DNA of 63,985 nt, counting the filler, from Dimargaris cristalligena (taxonomy: Eukaryota), in assembly GCA_003614675.1 (NCBI GenBank). It is 5 parts of 5 records of this genome, joined end to end, with 100 filler letters (N's around TTAATTAATTAA, not from the genome) between each part and the next. Parts side by side here need not be neighbours in the genome. Positions count along the whole stretch, not along the records: positions 26,389 to 39,426 come from ML003006.1; 4 more parts are not named here. The stretch is one strand, 5' to 3'. Under the pieces are notes generated by a model. It ran no database searches. It was not told the origin of the DNA and worked only from the letters and a program-made list of their open reading frames with translations. Of this stretch, positions 26,389-39,200 are shown one piece after another (position 1 is the first letter of the stretch; each line of letters begins with the position of its first letter). Position numbers and translations under genes: made by a program.

Positions 26389-28475
26389 CCCTACGTCCTA
26401 CTCGGCTCCCCTAAATACTAGTCCACCACGACCAAACGTAACAGTAGTATGAGAAGGACTGTGGGACATTAGGTCAAGGATAACCTAAAGAACGGTGCAT
26501 CCGGACCGGTTTGGAGTGTCTGGATGGTTGGTTGGTAGGGCGCTTGATCTTGGTTCACCTACCGAATCCGATGAGAGCGGTCCCATCCAAAATACCTTTT
26601 GATGACTGGGCCGGCAGTAAAATAGATGGGGGCGGCGTGATAAAGCAATTGGGGCTAACAGTAACTTGGCCAAGGCCTCGCCTGCCCCTGTGAAACGGCC
26701 CAGCTTAACAAGGTTTTCGGCCTCAATAGCCAAGATATATACATCGCTATGCATCTAGATTTGGCATCCGATAACAGGGTCCTGGTGGATAATGACCGAA
26801 TAAAATAATCACCCACCAACCCCGACCTAAAGGCCTAGCTTCGCCCTATTTCGAGCCCAATTAACGGTGCGTTCGACCACAATAAACATGGTGTACTGCT
26901 TTATTTTCTATTATAATTTGGCCCGGACTAATAATCGCCTGCCCATTTAGCCAGTCGGACCCTACCGAATTTTCTCCCAGCTACTGCTTGCAACAGGCCA
27001 GTGGCTAACGTAGCCCCGATTTGGAGACTGGTCCAGAGATTGCCGTTCCGAACAGACCTGTGGCTAGGATTCAACCACGAAAGCCGTTACGATGAAATAA
27101 GCAAACCCCACCCCATGAACATCAAGTTACTTGCCTAACCTGACAGAAAGAGCGAAGACTATCCGCCTCCAGCAGGAGCTGCAGGCGTTAGAGCTCAATC
27201 CGTCTAATCCCCCAAATGATGGCCAGTGATTAGGAGGTGGAGGATCGGTCAGACTTCACTCAGGGATCCCGCTGTCGCTCCTGTCCGCCGCCTAAAATAT
27301 GCGAATGCCCTTTATTTAACCTATTTATCGCCCTTTCCTCAGGATTGGCCGTTCCCCATTCATTACCATTTAGAATCGACCGACCATCGTCGTGAGGTCT
27401 TGGGACTTCCTAATATATATTAGTGGGCCTTTAATATAGTTGATTTCTTACTGATCTTCTTCGTTCCATCCACCACTCCCCCTCCTCCTTCCCCCTTTCT
27501 TGTTCATCTTTGCTCTTTTTTGCTTCCGCCCATCTTTCAGATGAAAGGGACTGCTAGGTGGGGTTGCTCCAATCGAAGCCATTGCTTCTCCACCTCCTCT
27601 ACTTCTCCCCCCCCTTCCTCGTCCCTGTACTAATTGTACTTGCTGTCATTCTTGACTCCTCTTTGTATGATGCCGGCTCATCCATCGGCCGTCACCAGCT
27701 CATCTCAATTAGTGTATCTCCAAGAATACCGACGATGATCACGAAAAAGGGATCGGCTTAGATGTGGGCTGGATATAAAACCGCCCACATCCCCCCCACA
27801 GTGCACCGCCCTATATTCACTAAAGCCTTTTTGGGCACTTTTTGGTTTTCCTTAACGTTTTGTAACCCCTTTAAAACTGGAGTCTTCCAGCATCCTCTCC
27901 GCCTTTTCTCTTATTCTTACTCTCTAACTCTCACTCTCTCCCTTCCTCTCTCTCTCTCTCTAGTTCGCTTACTCTTTAAAACTCTAATTGTTTTTATGCA
28001 GTCATTCTGCATAGTTAGTGAACCGCCCTTAACGAATTCCGCCTCTATACCCTGTAGCACCGCTTATTACCCTTTTAAATTTATTTTAATTTAGTACATA
28101 CCGACAGGTTCACCCAGCCCAAACCTGCCGATTATTCTTATTTTTGACTTTGCCCAACGATCAATACTGTTTCGGCCTAAAATAACTACGCCCGCATTTC
28201 GGTTTGGACCTGTGTGTAGTACCAACCGTTCTTTCTTGCCCAACACCTTCATTTATTAAAGCGTCTATCGCTTACTTCTGACGCCCACTTTTATAATTAC
28301 CCTATCCTCCGCCGGTATTTAGACCGAACCTTTTCCGCCTTACCACCTTAGCCACCCCCTCTTACTTAGTGTAATTCCCCGACCTATATCTTTCGACGCC
28401 TTGCTTACATTACTGCCCCTGAGATTATAACAGGGTCTCTCAACGAAACACCTCGGTCCTTTCTATTCGTTCGAC

Positions 28476-29939
28476 ATGTCGGAAACCGGAACTGATTTTG
28501 GCCTGTACAGCTCTGTACCTTCCTCCACCGCACGGAAGTCGCACGACGGTATGGTCACCAGTCTGGACGAGGCACTTGGCAACCTTCGCCTACCCAGCGG
28601 GTTTGGTGGGGTCATGACGCCCAACAGCCCCAATCCCACCCAGTTCTCACTCCCGCTGGGGAACGGCCCCTACTTTACCGGGCTGGAAAAGCCGGCGTCC
28701 CCGTGGCTGGCTACACCCCCCCGCTCCCGGACCACCTCGGAAAATAGCATCGAGCCCCAGGTCCATCGCAGCAACAGTAACTTTGGGTTTTCATTCGCCA
28801 GCTCACATCCCAGTCAGTCGATCCCTAGCCCACTGGCCATCCAAGATATCCGGGGTTACTTCAACTACCCCAAATCCCCCTATACACCCGTGCCGCTGTC
28901 CGCTGGCCAAAACCAGCAGCTTAGGTCACCGTACCCATCCCAACCCCCCACGCCCTGCACTCCCCCCTACGCGGCCGGGTATGCGCTCGGCAGCCCCAGT
29001 CCATCCTACCCGCATGCCACTGCCCACCACCACCAGTACCCTCACCACCATTACCCTTTAGCCAACTCAGGTGCCAACAACCACCTGTTTTACCCTAAGG
29101 CCGCCCCCGCCAAACGGGGCAAGGGTCCCCAGATTGTCACTTCGCCCCAAGCCCTGGGGGGACGGCTGGGCTCGCCCACGGCCTCCTCCCCCTGTGGCAT
29201 GAGCCCATCATCCGCCTCCCTCCGCTCCGCGCCCACCAGCGCATCCCTACGTGGCCCCCGGGAGGCCCTATCCAGTCCCCGGGAGCGTGCCCCCGAAGCG
29301 ACGGCCTTCCAGTATCTGATTATCGTCGATTTCGAAGCCACTTTTGACCCCCCCTCCAGCCACCCCCCGACCGGTGGCCCCAACACCCGGCGCACTAACA
29401 ACCAGGAGATCATTGAGTTCCCCCTGGTGGTTTTCGATATGAAACTCAACAAGGTCGTGGATGAATTCCACCATTACGTGCGGCCCGTGCACCGCCCGTT
29501 GCTCACCCGGGCCTGCATTGAGTCCACCGGTATTGATCAGCGCACCATTGACCAAGCCGACACGTTCCCGTCGGTGTTCGAGCGTGCCCGTTTCTTCATT
29601 GGCGAATACGACATGCGGGCCCGGGCCGCCGGCGGCTCCCTGACGTTTGTGACTTGCGGGGACTGGGACCTGCGCAAAATGCTGCCCCAGCAATGCCGCC
29701 TCTCAGGAACCAGCGTGCCCACCTGTTTCCGCCGCTGGATTAATGTCAAGAAGAGCTTTGCCGAATACTTCCAAACCGAGCCCCAGAATATGCGGGATAT
29801 GTTGAGCCACTTGGGCCTGCCCCTTATCGGCAAGCACCGCAGCGGTATCGACGACGCCCGTAATGTGGCCAGTGTACTCAAACGTCTGATTGAGCTGGGC
29901 TATGGTCTCAAGCTCACGACTGACTTGGATACCATCTAA
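28476..29939 (+). CDS. ERI1/ERI3-family 3'-5' exoribonuclease (DEDDh) with long disordered S/P-rich N-terminus
   Basis: ExoI IIVDFEAT, QEIIEFP, YVRP...LT...TGIDQ, ExoII TCGDWDL, W-I-N-V-K-K, ExoIII GKHRSGIDDARN. Confidence 0.92.
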   Translation: MSETGTDFGLYSSVPSSTARKSHDGMVTSLDEALGNLRLPSGFGGVMTPNSPNPTQFSLPLGNGPYFTGLEKPASPWLATPPRSRTTSENSIEPQVHRSNSNFGFSFASSHPSQSIPSPLAIQDIRGYFNYPKSPYTPVPLSAGQNQQLRSPYPSQPPTPCTPPYAAGYALGSPSPSYPHATAHHHQYPHHHYPLANSGANNHLFYPKAAPAKRGKGPQIVTSPQALGGRLGSPTASSPCGMSPSSASLRSAPTSASLRGPREALSSPRERAPEATAFQYLIIVDFEATFDPPSSHPPTGGPNTRRTNNQEIIEFPLVVFDMKLNKVVDEFHHYVRPVHRPLLTRACIESTGIDQRTIDQADTFPSVFERARFFIGEYDMRARAAGGSLTFVTCGDWDLRKMLPQQCRLSGTSVPTCFRRWINVKKSFAEYFQTEPQNMRDMLSHLGLPLIGKHRSGIDDARNVASVLKRLIELGYGLKLTTDLDTI

Positions 29940-31107
29940 GCCGCGCTATGGCTTCCGTCCAAAGAAGCTGTGGTAGTGGCCGCGTACCCTGGAATCAATA
30001 CCACGGAAAACATGTGGTCCGAGGACAGGGACCGTTCACTGTCCCCGTGTAGATTGGCTATTTACCACCTCAAAATACGACTCGGTCGATATATATTACA
30101 TATTTTTAACTCTTGCAGCAGCCTTGTCATATCAATCAACTTCGTCTTGCTTATGCGTGCGATCACTTATTTATGCGACAGTTCTATTTACCTTTGTATT
30201 TACTTTCGTTAATGTATAATGGATATCAGGGGATATATAACCCCATCTAGTTGCTTTTATTATATATTTATTTATTTTAGTTTGAATATGTCCGGCATAT
30301 AATTTCCCCTAGATTGCATCTTTTGAACGAGCCACGTATTTTTATGTATTGCAATAAAAACCAACCATGACAGATCTACCGGCGGATTAGTTTGTAGATT
30401 TACTGCAGGTCGCTTAGCTAGGATTGCTGCTATAATATTCGAGTTAACGACAATCCCCCCCTCCTCCTCCACCCCTTTTCCTCCCCATTTTTCTGTGGAC
30501 GAATAGGTTAAAACCCGTGATATTGTCGAGCAGTCTATTCGCTTAAGGAGGAGGGAGAGGATGATTTACCACTGTAATTATTTTTCCGCTTGGTGCCAAG
30601 GGATGAACCTTGTCACTTGACTATTAGTACCGCCTGAATGCTATAGACTTGGGCGAACCGAAGATTTGTTAGTGAGTGGTTTAATCTGAGGATGGCTTTA
30701 TCGATCGGGGTGCCAAGTGAAGAGAAATTTTCTGCGTACCGAAATGTGGCGTGGTCCTAAAAGCCCCTCGACCGACCCCTGATGGCCACTATCCTCTACA
30801 GTGCCATTGGGTTTGCGAACAGCTCTAGGCCAATAATACCCATGGTCTGATATGAGCCCCTCGATTATATCTATCCATCGGCGAGCAGAATGCATTAGTG
30901 GGTAGACCTAGGCATATACGTTTAGTGGAGTTAGTCTACTCTAGCTTGAGGTAGGTAGACCGCGTGCTTTGGGAATTTATCACGTGACTGAGATTTGAAG
31001 GTGTCATCCATACCCACGGGACTGACTGTTTCAGCCTTTACAGTAGCTTCCACATAAGAAGGGGAGGGAGTCTTGCTCTGTGTAACACAACCTGCAATTA
31101 GAAGTCA

Positions 31108-31251
31108 ATATGGGAGAGGTTCAACCGAGCTGTATAACGAAAAATCCGCTAGATGAAGCAAATACTACTGGTTAAAAATAAATCTCCCATATATTATCCC
31201 ATGCACTTACCATTTAAAACCTTATACAGCTAGGCCGAATTTCACCCATAT
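31108..31251 (-). mobile_element. MITE family A, copy 3 (reverse orientation)
   Basis: ATATGGGAGAGGTTCAACCGAGCTGTATAA...TTATACAGCTAGGCCGAATTTCACCCATAT, 144 bp. Confidence 0.85.
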
Positions 31252-31316
31252 TATACAGCTTGCTAAGCTATACACTCCAACCAAAGCTCTACCAAGGCTG
31301 ACTAGTTGGCGAATGC

Positions 31317-31460
31317 ATATGGGTAAAATTCAAACCAGCTGTATAAGGTTGCACATAATATATGTATGGGCGAATATACGTGAGAATAGCTTTTAACCAG
31401 TAATATTGGCCGCATCCAATGGATTTTTCATTATACAGCCTGAATGAACTTCTCCCATAT
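31317..31460 (+). mobile_element. MITE family A, copy 4
   Basis: ATATGGGTAAAATTCAAACCAGCTGTATAA...TTATACAGCCTGAATGAACTTCTCCCATAT, 144 bp. Confidence 0.85.
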
Positions 31461-31612
31461 TCTGAACTATAACCGATTCAACAGTGGTATATAGCAACAA
31501 CTCGTTACCTGGGAAGGCAACGCATTGATTCCCGCCATTTTGTACCCCCCACTCTTTGGACTCTACCGCCTTGTTCTCTAACCATTGAATTCCACTTCGT
31601 CTCTCATTCAAT

Positions 31613-33074
31613 ATGCGCTCGATGCTGATTCCCCGCCTGGTTAACCGGACCGTCCTCGCACGTCCTCTAATCCGTGGCTGTCCCTCGCTGCCTCTACTAT
31701 ATGCGTCCCGTGCTGCGCCACTCACCTGGCAGGATGCCCCCTCAGTTCGCCTGTACTCGGGGAAGCGATCGGCCAAAGGTAAACGGGATCGTTCGGACGC
31801 CTCCCCCGCTGAGGCTGAGTTGGACGAGGGACATCGGAGCCGGGGAAAGAACGAACCCATCGACGCGGGAGCCCTCCTCCTGGATATGGAGAAAACCAAG
31901 TCCCGCATGGAGAAGACGGTGGAATACCTGAAAACGGAGTTTAAAACCATGCGGCTCGGCCAGGCGTCACCAGTGTTACTGGATTCGGTCAAGGTGGTTT
32001 ACCAAGGCGACACGGTGAATCTTAGCGATATTGCGAGTGTTTCGGTGAAGGATCCCCAAACTCTCCTGGTTATTCCCAGCGATGAAGAGGTACGCTAATT
32101 ATATATATATATATATATATTGGACGGTTGGAGGGACCCGCTTTGTGTCAGTTTGTACTATTAAAATTGGAAGGGGTTATGGATGGCCCCAGCCTGGACT
32201 GTCCGCCCGAGTACCATGCGAATCCCGTTTACTCGGGGACCGGCAGCATTGCCTTTGGATGCGTTACAGTCACTACATCACATTAGTTTTACTATACTAC
32301 ACTGTGCTTTACGGGATTTGATTACACCCTTATTAGTATAAGAAGGCCATTGAAAAAGCGATTCGGGAGGCCCAATTGGGACTCAACCCCATTTCTCAGG
32401 ACACCATTATCAAAGTACCTATTCCTAAGTAAGCAACCCCCCCCCCACACACACACATGTACTCTAATCTAACAACGTTGCTGATGACACGGTGTGTTTG
32501 ACAACCGGGGCATCCCAAGAGCGGCGATGCACATGTCCAAAGAGGACCAATTACTTTTGCAAGCCCATTTAAAGCTCGGAAGGGAATTGGGTAAAAATAT
32601 CTACCTATATTTTCCCCTATTTGGTGGCACGGACAAATAGCTGAAGCAATCTTGTTTTATTGGTATGTGTTATTACAGGCCTACTAAAGAGCACCGGGAC
32701 CGGCTGCTTAAGAACGCCGCCAAAGCCGCGGAGAAGATTAAGAACCAAATCCGATCTATCCGCCAAGACACCATGAAGGACCTTAAAAAGGACTCGCGCA
32801 ATAGTAAAATGAGCAGCGACGAGCTTCGGATGTATGAGAAACAGGTAGGTGGATCGATCGTTATTAAAGGGCATTGGATGTGTTTTCCCTGGTCTGTCCC
32901 CGTTAAACTACAGTTGTTGTCTACTTGAATATCTAACCTTTATGGTGGGAGTACTGCATTGCTTTTTCATCCCCATACCGCGCCCTAAACCAGGTCCAGG
33001 AACTGACGGGCCGGTACATGAAGAATGCCGAGGGTCTGCTACTGGCCAAGACCAATGAAGTGAACCGACACTGA
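31613..33074 (+). CDS. RRF1: Mitochondrial ribosome recycling factor; exons 31613-32089, 32337-32428, 32679-32844, 32994-33074
   Basis: Arg-rich presequence; RRF motifs [71 protein letters not shown] introns with compatible phases (0, 2, 0). Confidence 0.93.
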
Positions 33075-36000
33075 GCTGGAGAGCCCCCAGGTCAAGAATA
33101 ACGGCCCTGGCGTAATTCGGCTGGACTATGGAGTTGTTTAGGAGGAGTTGTCCTGGAAGAGTATAGTATAGACCTTATCGTGGACATGGCCGCACTCCGG
33201 CGCAATGGAGGGAGATTTTTGTTGCTTGGTATGTAAACCATTAAAATTCGTGATTAAGCAAGGGGTGGAAGATGAGCATGCCACTGGAGAGGGGAGGATG
33301 TTAGGTTGAGGAGACCCACCTCTGAGCAACCCACCCCCGGATTGGGAAGGGACCATCTCATCTATTTTGGAAATGTTTGACAGGATATTCTGTATTGTAA
33401 GCACTGTGACAGATCGCGCAGGGGATAGTCCCAAACAATAGCCCGGGTTGGCCGAGAAGGGGGGATATACCTGGTGATTGGCTCAACTTAAGGGATCCGA
33501 ATGCACTCAATATCAATACCAATACAATATCAATAACAGAACGGGGCCCCATTAGGGGAAATACCAGCCAGGGCCCACAACAGATGGAGGGGTAAATCTA
33601 GCCGTCGCCCCCAGTGGGGCTGGTTATTATGCCTTTTAATAGATAGACTGGTAGGTGGGTCACTCTTCCTTGCAGTGCATCAAGTGTAGGTCGATCGGAA
33701 TGGACTAATAAGACCTCTCTCTCTTATTTTTGCCTGGGTATAAATCGGCCAATAACCGGTGGGTGACCCACACCACCACCACAGCCTACGCGTTGGTGGA
33801 TTAGGATTAGGATGACCCGCGTTATGCTCTGTATATGGAGGGTGGATGTTATTAACCCAGGGATTAGAAAGGAGATCAATGACTCTAGTCTTACAAACTC
33901 ATCCCCTCCTCCTTCTTTCATAGGCATTGGGGGAGGCTGTGGGTGTGGGTGTGTGAGTAATATGTGTGCAGCATACCCACTATTCCCACTGGCTCTCTTG
34001 TTCACCCCCCTTTTACAGGCCATGTGGCTATACAAACCAGGCAAGTCGGAATTGCGGTATGTTGTGGACAATAGTAGCGCGGCAGGGTTCGGCAGGGTCC
34101 ACCCCCACTACTCACGATGCGCAAGACCAGACCTCCCTCCCTCCCTACTAGGCCAGGGAGTGGGGTATGGGAAGGGGCACCAAAGGGATATGGTGGATAT
34201 ATGTCATGGGTAACCACCCCCCGCCTCTCTACTGCTCTGGTGGTAATCGAGACTGCAACGGTCAGGTGTGGGAAAATGGCATTGCTTTCTGGTATGAGAG
34301 GAGATTCTACAGCGGATGAATTGTGCGGACCAGAAAACACGTGCCGGGAGCCATTAGGTCTCGCGACACGTCACACCGGCCCCTCTATTGTCCTTGGTGT
34401 TTTTTGGTAGGCTATATATGAGTAGGGGGGGCTCTATTGGGTGGATGAGTGGGTGTGTTGGCCCAAGGAAAACGGAGAAAAGGGGAGGAGATATTGATGT
34501 CGGGTATCGGTAGCCATCCCGCCCACACCACCACCAGTTAGCCGGTGCCGCTTATTGGACTGTGGCCATGGGAAACCCCACCGTTGGTGGACCAGTAAAA
34601 TTCGAGTGGATTTTCCCATCCCTACCGCATTTTTTTTTCACGGTGGGAGTTTAGGGGGTCAAAATCAGGAGAAGAGAGAGAGTATAATAATAGAGAAAGA
34701 AAAGAGCATACAAAGAGAATCAACCAGCCCGGTTGGGTATATGCTCTGAGATGATGACTGACAGCCCCCCCCCCCGCTGTTGGCATATACTCAGTTAGTT
34801 GGTTAAACGCCTACTATATGCGGTAGTAAAGAGTACATGCGGTAGTAGAAGAGTAGAGTATATGCGGTAGTAGGCCCCCCCATTCGATTGGAAAATATTG
34901 GAAGCCTTAATAAGCACCCCAGCCTATTTTTTTCGACCCTTCTTCCTTCACTTAACCACCTGCGTCTCTTTCTCGTTTCCCCCCTTTTTTAGGCTATTAT
35001 TGTATTGTTGTTGCAGCGGCCGCCGTTTCTTTCCTTCTTGTCGTCTTGATCGCTGTTGCCTTTCGTTTTCTCTACAAAGTCCTTGGCTGATCTCCTCGTT
35101 ATCCCTTTGTGGTCGGTTATTGCTTGCTTGTACACCTACCTACTTCGTTGGATCACTACTCCTACTACTCCTACCTAACTCATACGGCCTACGGTTGTTG
35201 TGTTGCTTCTTTATTATACCTTCCTTCCTTACCCACCTAATAATAATCCTCCCAACACTTCCCTCCATGTATACACCCCAGTTCACTATCGACTCTACCC
35301 GATCGTCCCTGTAATTTTACTTTCTTCTTCTTTCACTTCCCTTTTAGTACTCCCCACCCCTTTGTCAGTTTGACGTGCTATAGTTTGTTTCCTGACTTGT
35401 ACCCTAGTTTCTTTGCCCACCCCACTCTCCAATATATATATATATATATTTAAATATATATCCTGCCCTCTCACGCACGACGTACTCCCCCAAAAGTAAG
35501 TCTCATCTACTGCTGACCAACCCCCTCCCTTCTCGACGTCCGGTTCTTTGACACAGAGCCCCATCGGGCGTGACCCTTCGAGCCGCAGTATACTTGCTTG
35601 AGCTGTGAAACTGCTTGTGGGAATAGGGGTGTGGGTATATTTATATTACGCCAACTCCCTTCTTAGTACTTTTCAGAAGTAGAGTAAACGAAGTCTTTCC
35701 AGTTTCCCAGCTCAGTGAGACCAGGTGGTGCCCTTTTGCGGCCGACTTACCTGGCCCCCTTCAGCCTAACTAACCTAAGTTTATATTGCCTATTTTGTCT
35801 TCCACTTTGCTGTCATTGTCGAATAATCCTGGGCTGGCTATTTCTTGTTTAGGGAATTCCCTCTACTCGGTTGATTCCTCTCTGCGTTATCTTTTCCTGG
35901 TCTAATTTTAAATTCCAGCCACCTGTCCTCAACCAAGCCGGTGTAGTCCTAGTGTTCCCTTTTATCTATCGACTTGCCCAGGTTTCTGTAGTTTATTCGC

Positions 36001-36274
36001 CCACTTTTTCTCCCTTTTGAAGTCCGTTTTCCCAAACCCACGTATCGAGTCACCCCGTCACGTCGTTCACGTATTATCTCATCCCGGTCCGTTTGTTCTA
36101 GCGTTCCCCGAGCCCCTTCTTCTCTCTCTCCCCCGCCTATCAACGGTGTATTCTGCTTCCCCTATTTCGCTGCCTTGAGGTTTTGCTTGGTAGTGTTATT
36201 CCCCCATCTCTGTCACCTCTCTCTTTTAGATACTGGCTTTTGCGCCGTATGCTTGTCGAAGCTGATTCTTCCCA

Positions 36275-39200
36275 ATGCCGATTCTAAACGCACTGGAACC
36301 TAGTAGTCCTCGGTTCAACCATCACGTGAGCGCCCACCATTCTATCAATGGCGATAACACTCGTCGTCGCTTGAGCGGCGGCAGTGTGCTCGAACACTCC
36401 GGCTTATTCGCCACCAGTCGCCCCGACTCCCAAAAATCCTCCAATGCAAAGGGTGGGCCGTTGGCCAATCTCACGTTACTCGACCTTTCCCAGAAGGGTC
36501 GCAGTGGCTTGTCCGCTGGCTTCTTTGACACTCGCCCAACTCCCAACTCCCATTCCCCACCCGACTCGTCTTCGATTTTGGACGGATTCCCCTCGCATAT
36601 CACCGGCCTCGACTCGAGCTCGGGTATGTTCCCACGTAACCGGGGCGAAAGCCTCCTCCGCTCCGCCTCTGCGTTCCAACCTACCCCCATTTCACCCCCC
36701 TACCCACTCACCGACAATCCCCTGGGCGGCCCCGGCATAAACGGTAATGGTCATGTGGTCAACCTCCCGCCCTTTCAGTCCCAACCGACCTCCCCCAATG
36801 CCCTTTCGTCCGGCCTCAATCCGACCTTCATGAGCATCGTGCGTTCCGTCCCCTCTTCGCGGCGCAATTCAAACGAGTTCCCCAACCTTTTGCAGGGGCT
36901 GGAGTCCATGAACCTCAACGAGAATGTCTCTTTGGGTGGCCGCAATCCGCCCGCCGCTCTGAACCTCGATGACAACTCCCTCAACCGCTACGGCGAAAGC
37001 CCTCAGCTGCCCGCCGGTATCGCAGAGACCTTGTTTGAAGACGAAGCCGACTTGGATCTGGTGATTGGTGGTAGTAGTTCCGGTGGTTCCAAATCTGCCC
37101 ACACGACGTCCGGTGGCCCCATGCGCAGCCTATTGCGGAGCCATACCGACTTGGATGGCTTCGCCATGATGCGCTCGGACAGCTTCCCTAATCTGATGAC
37201 GGCGTCTTCGGCAGTGGATCCCGGGGTCTGGCACCCCAATGCCGGAAAAACCTCCGGGAATGCCGATACCATGCGCGATGATTCGCACACCATGGGTGGT
37301 CCCGGAAGTCGTCGCCGTCTGCCATCACACAGTCGCGTGGAGCACTTCTTCCAGATCAACCAGCGCACCAGTAGTGGCGGTGGTCTTTTGGCTGGCGCCC
37401 TGGCTTCCGAATCTCATGGTGCCCCAGCTGTCTCTCAATTGGCTAAAGTTGGTGGGAATGGGCCCAGCGGTGGCTATCACTCCACCAACCTGTCGCGCAC
37501 CCAAAGTCAGTTTATGGGTGATGTAGAGCCCAGCCCCCGCTTTGATAACCCCCGGCCTGCCTTGCCTCGCAATATCTCTATGCCTCTGCTGGACCAGTAC
37601 CCCTTCACTCCCAACGGTAATGGGGTCGGCGCTCATCGCCTAGCCGCTCACCGCCACCATCCCGACAATCTTCCGGCCCTACTTGATACCGGCGCCATGC
37701 GGCCGGGTTACAACCCGGGTCCTCTGACCCCCGGCTTGGATGTTCTAACTCCGACGGGTGTGTGCCGGCTATACCAGTCCGGTTTCTGCCCTAACGGTGA
37801 TCAATGCCCTTTCCCCCACATTGGCCCGATTCTTGGCCATCAGGCCCCACCGCTGGGCATGAATCATTTCTCTGCCCGCGGTCCCCTCAGTCCCACGACC
37901 CCCAACGGGACTAGCTCCGGCTTCCTGAGCCCGGCCAGTACCGCTGCCCTCGGCCACCCGTCCGGTTCCAAGTACGACCCCCACCACCTTTCCGGCCATC
38001 CCCATCACCCCCACCATCCCCGCGCTGCCAACTCCTATGCGGTTAATGGCGCCCACCCCGGATTCCCCAATAATCCGCCCGTTGCTCATCCGGCCCTTAT
38101 TCATAATTCTAATCTCGGGACTAGTGTCTTGCCTGGTAACCACCATGGACACCCTCTAACCCACTCCAACTACCCCCATTTACCGGGTCAGTTGCCGAGT
38201 ACCGGCACCAATGGCCACGGCAAGCACCATCACCACCACCACCATCATCATCACCATCACCACCCTAACCAGCACCACAACCGGGCCCCTGGCCATGCCC
38301 ATACCGGACCTGGCCTGCACCCCCTGAAGGCCAACTCCAAGCGGGCGGCCGGTGACCAGGATGGCAGTCGTTATAACGGTGCCTCCCTGGAGACGTTCGT
38401 TGGAGACATGTACTCGCTCTGCAAGGACCAGCACGGCTGCCGTTTCCTGCAGAAGCAGCTCGAGGAGAGTCCTGAGAAGAATGTCCCCGTTATCTTCAAG
38501 GAGGTCTTCCCACACTTTGTGGAGCTGATGACCGACCCCTTTGGAAACTATCTGTGCCAGAAATTGGTCGAATACTGTAACGATGAGCAGCGCACTCAGA
38601 TTGTCGATATCGTTGCCTCGGAACTGATCAACATCTCGCTTAATATGCACGGCACCCGTGCGGTCCAGAAGATGATCGAGTTCCTTTCCAACAAGGCCCA
38701 GATCCGCGCCGCTATCATCGCACTCAAGGCCAGTGTCGTTCCCTTGATTAAGGACCTTAACGGCAACCACGTCATCCAGAAATGCCTGAACCGTCTGACC
38801 TCGGAGGAAAACCAGTTCATCTATGATGCAGTGAGTGCGAATTGTAACGAGGTGGCCACTCATCGTCACGGCTGTTGTGTGTTCCAACGGTGTATTGACC
38901 ATGCATCTGAACCCCAGAAGCACCAACTGGTGCGTGAAGTGACTGCTAATGCTCTCATGCTGGTGCAAGACCCCTTTGGTAACTACGTGGTGCAGTATGT
39001 TCTCGATTTGAATCGCCCAGATTTTGCCGATCCTCTGATCCGCCAATTCACGCGGGACGTGTGTGCTCTGTCCATGCAGAAGTTCTCGTCCAACGTTATT
39101 GAAAAGTGCATCCGGGCTGCTGAAGCATCCACCCGTCGCCTACTGGTTGCTGATTTGCTGACCAATCCCCACCTGGAAGACCTCCTGAAGGATTCTTTCG

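Noticed and set aside
33360-33830. Possible reverse-strand relative of repeat family B or the 13.8-kb relic (ATATCCTGTCAAAC, CCTAATCC)
   Set aside because: Only short scattered matches; needs a computed alignment
38180-39046. 288-aa antisense ORF within the PUF gene, and similar antisense ORFs over ERI1, ORC3, RRF1 and the 1239-aa gene
   Set aside because: Shadow ORFs expected from GC-rich codon bias on the coding strand; no domain features
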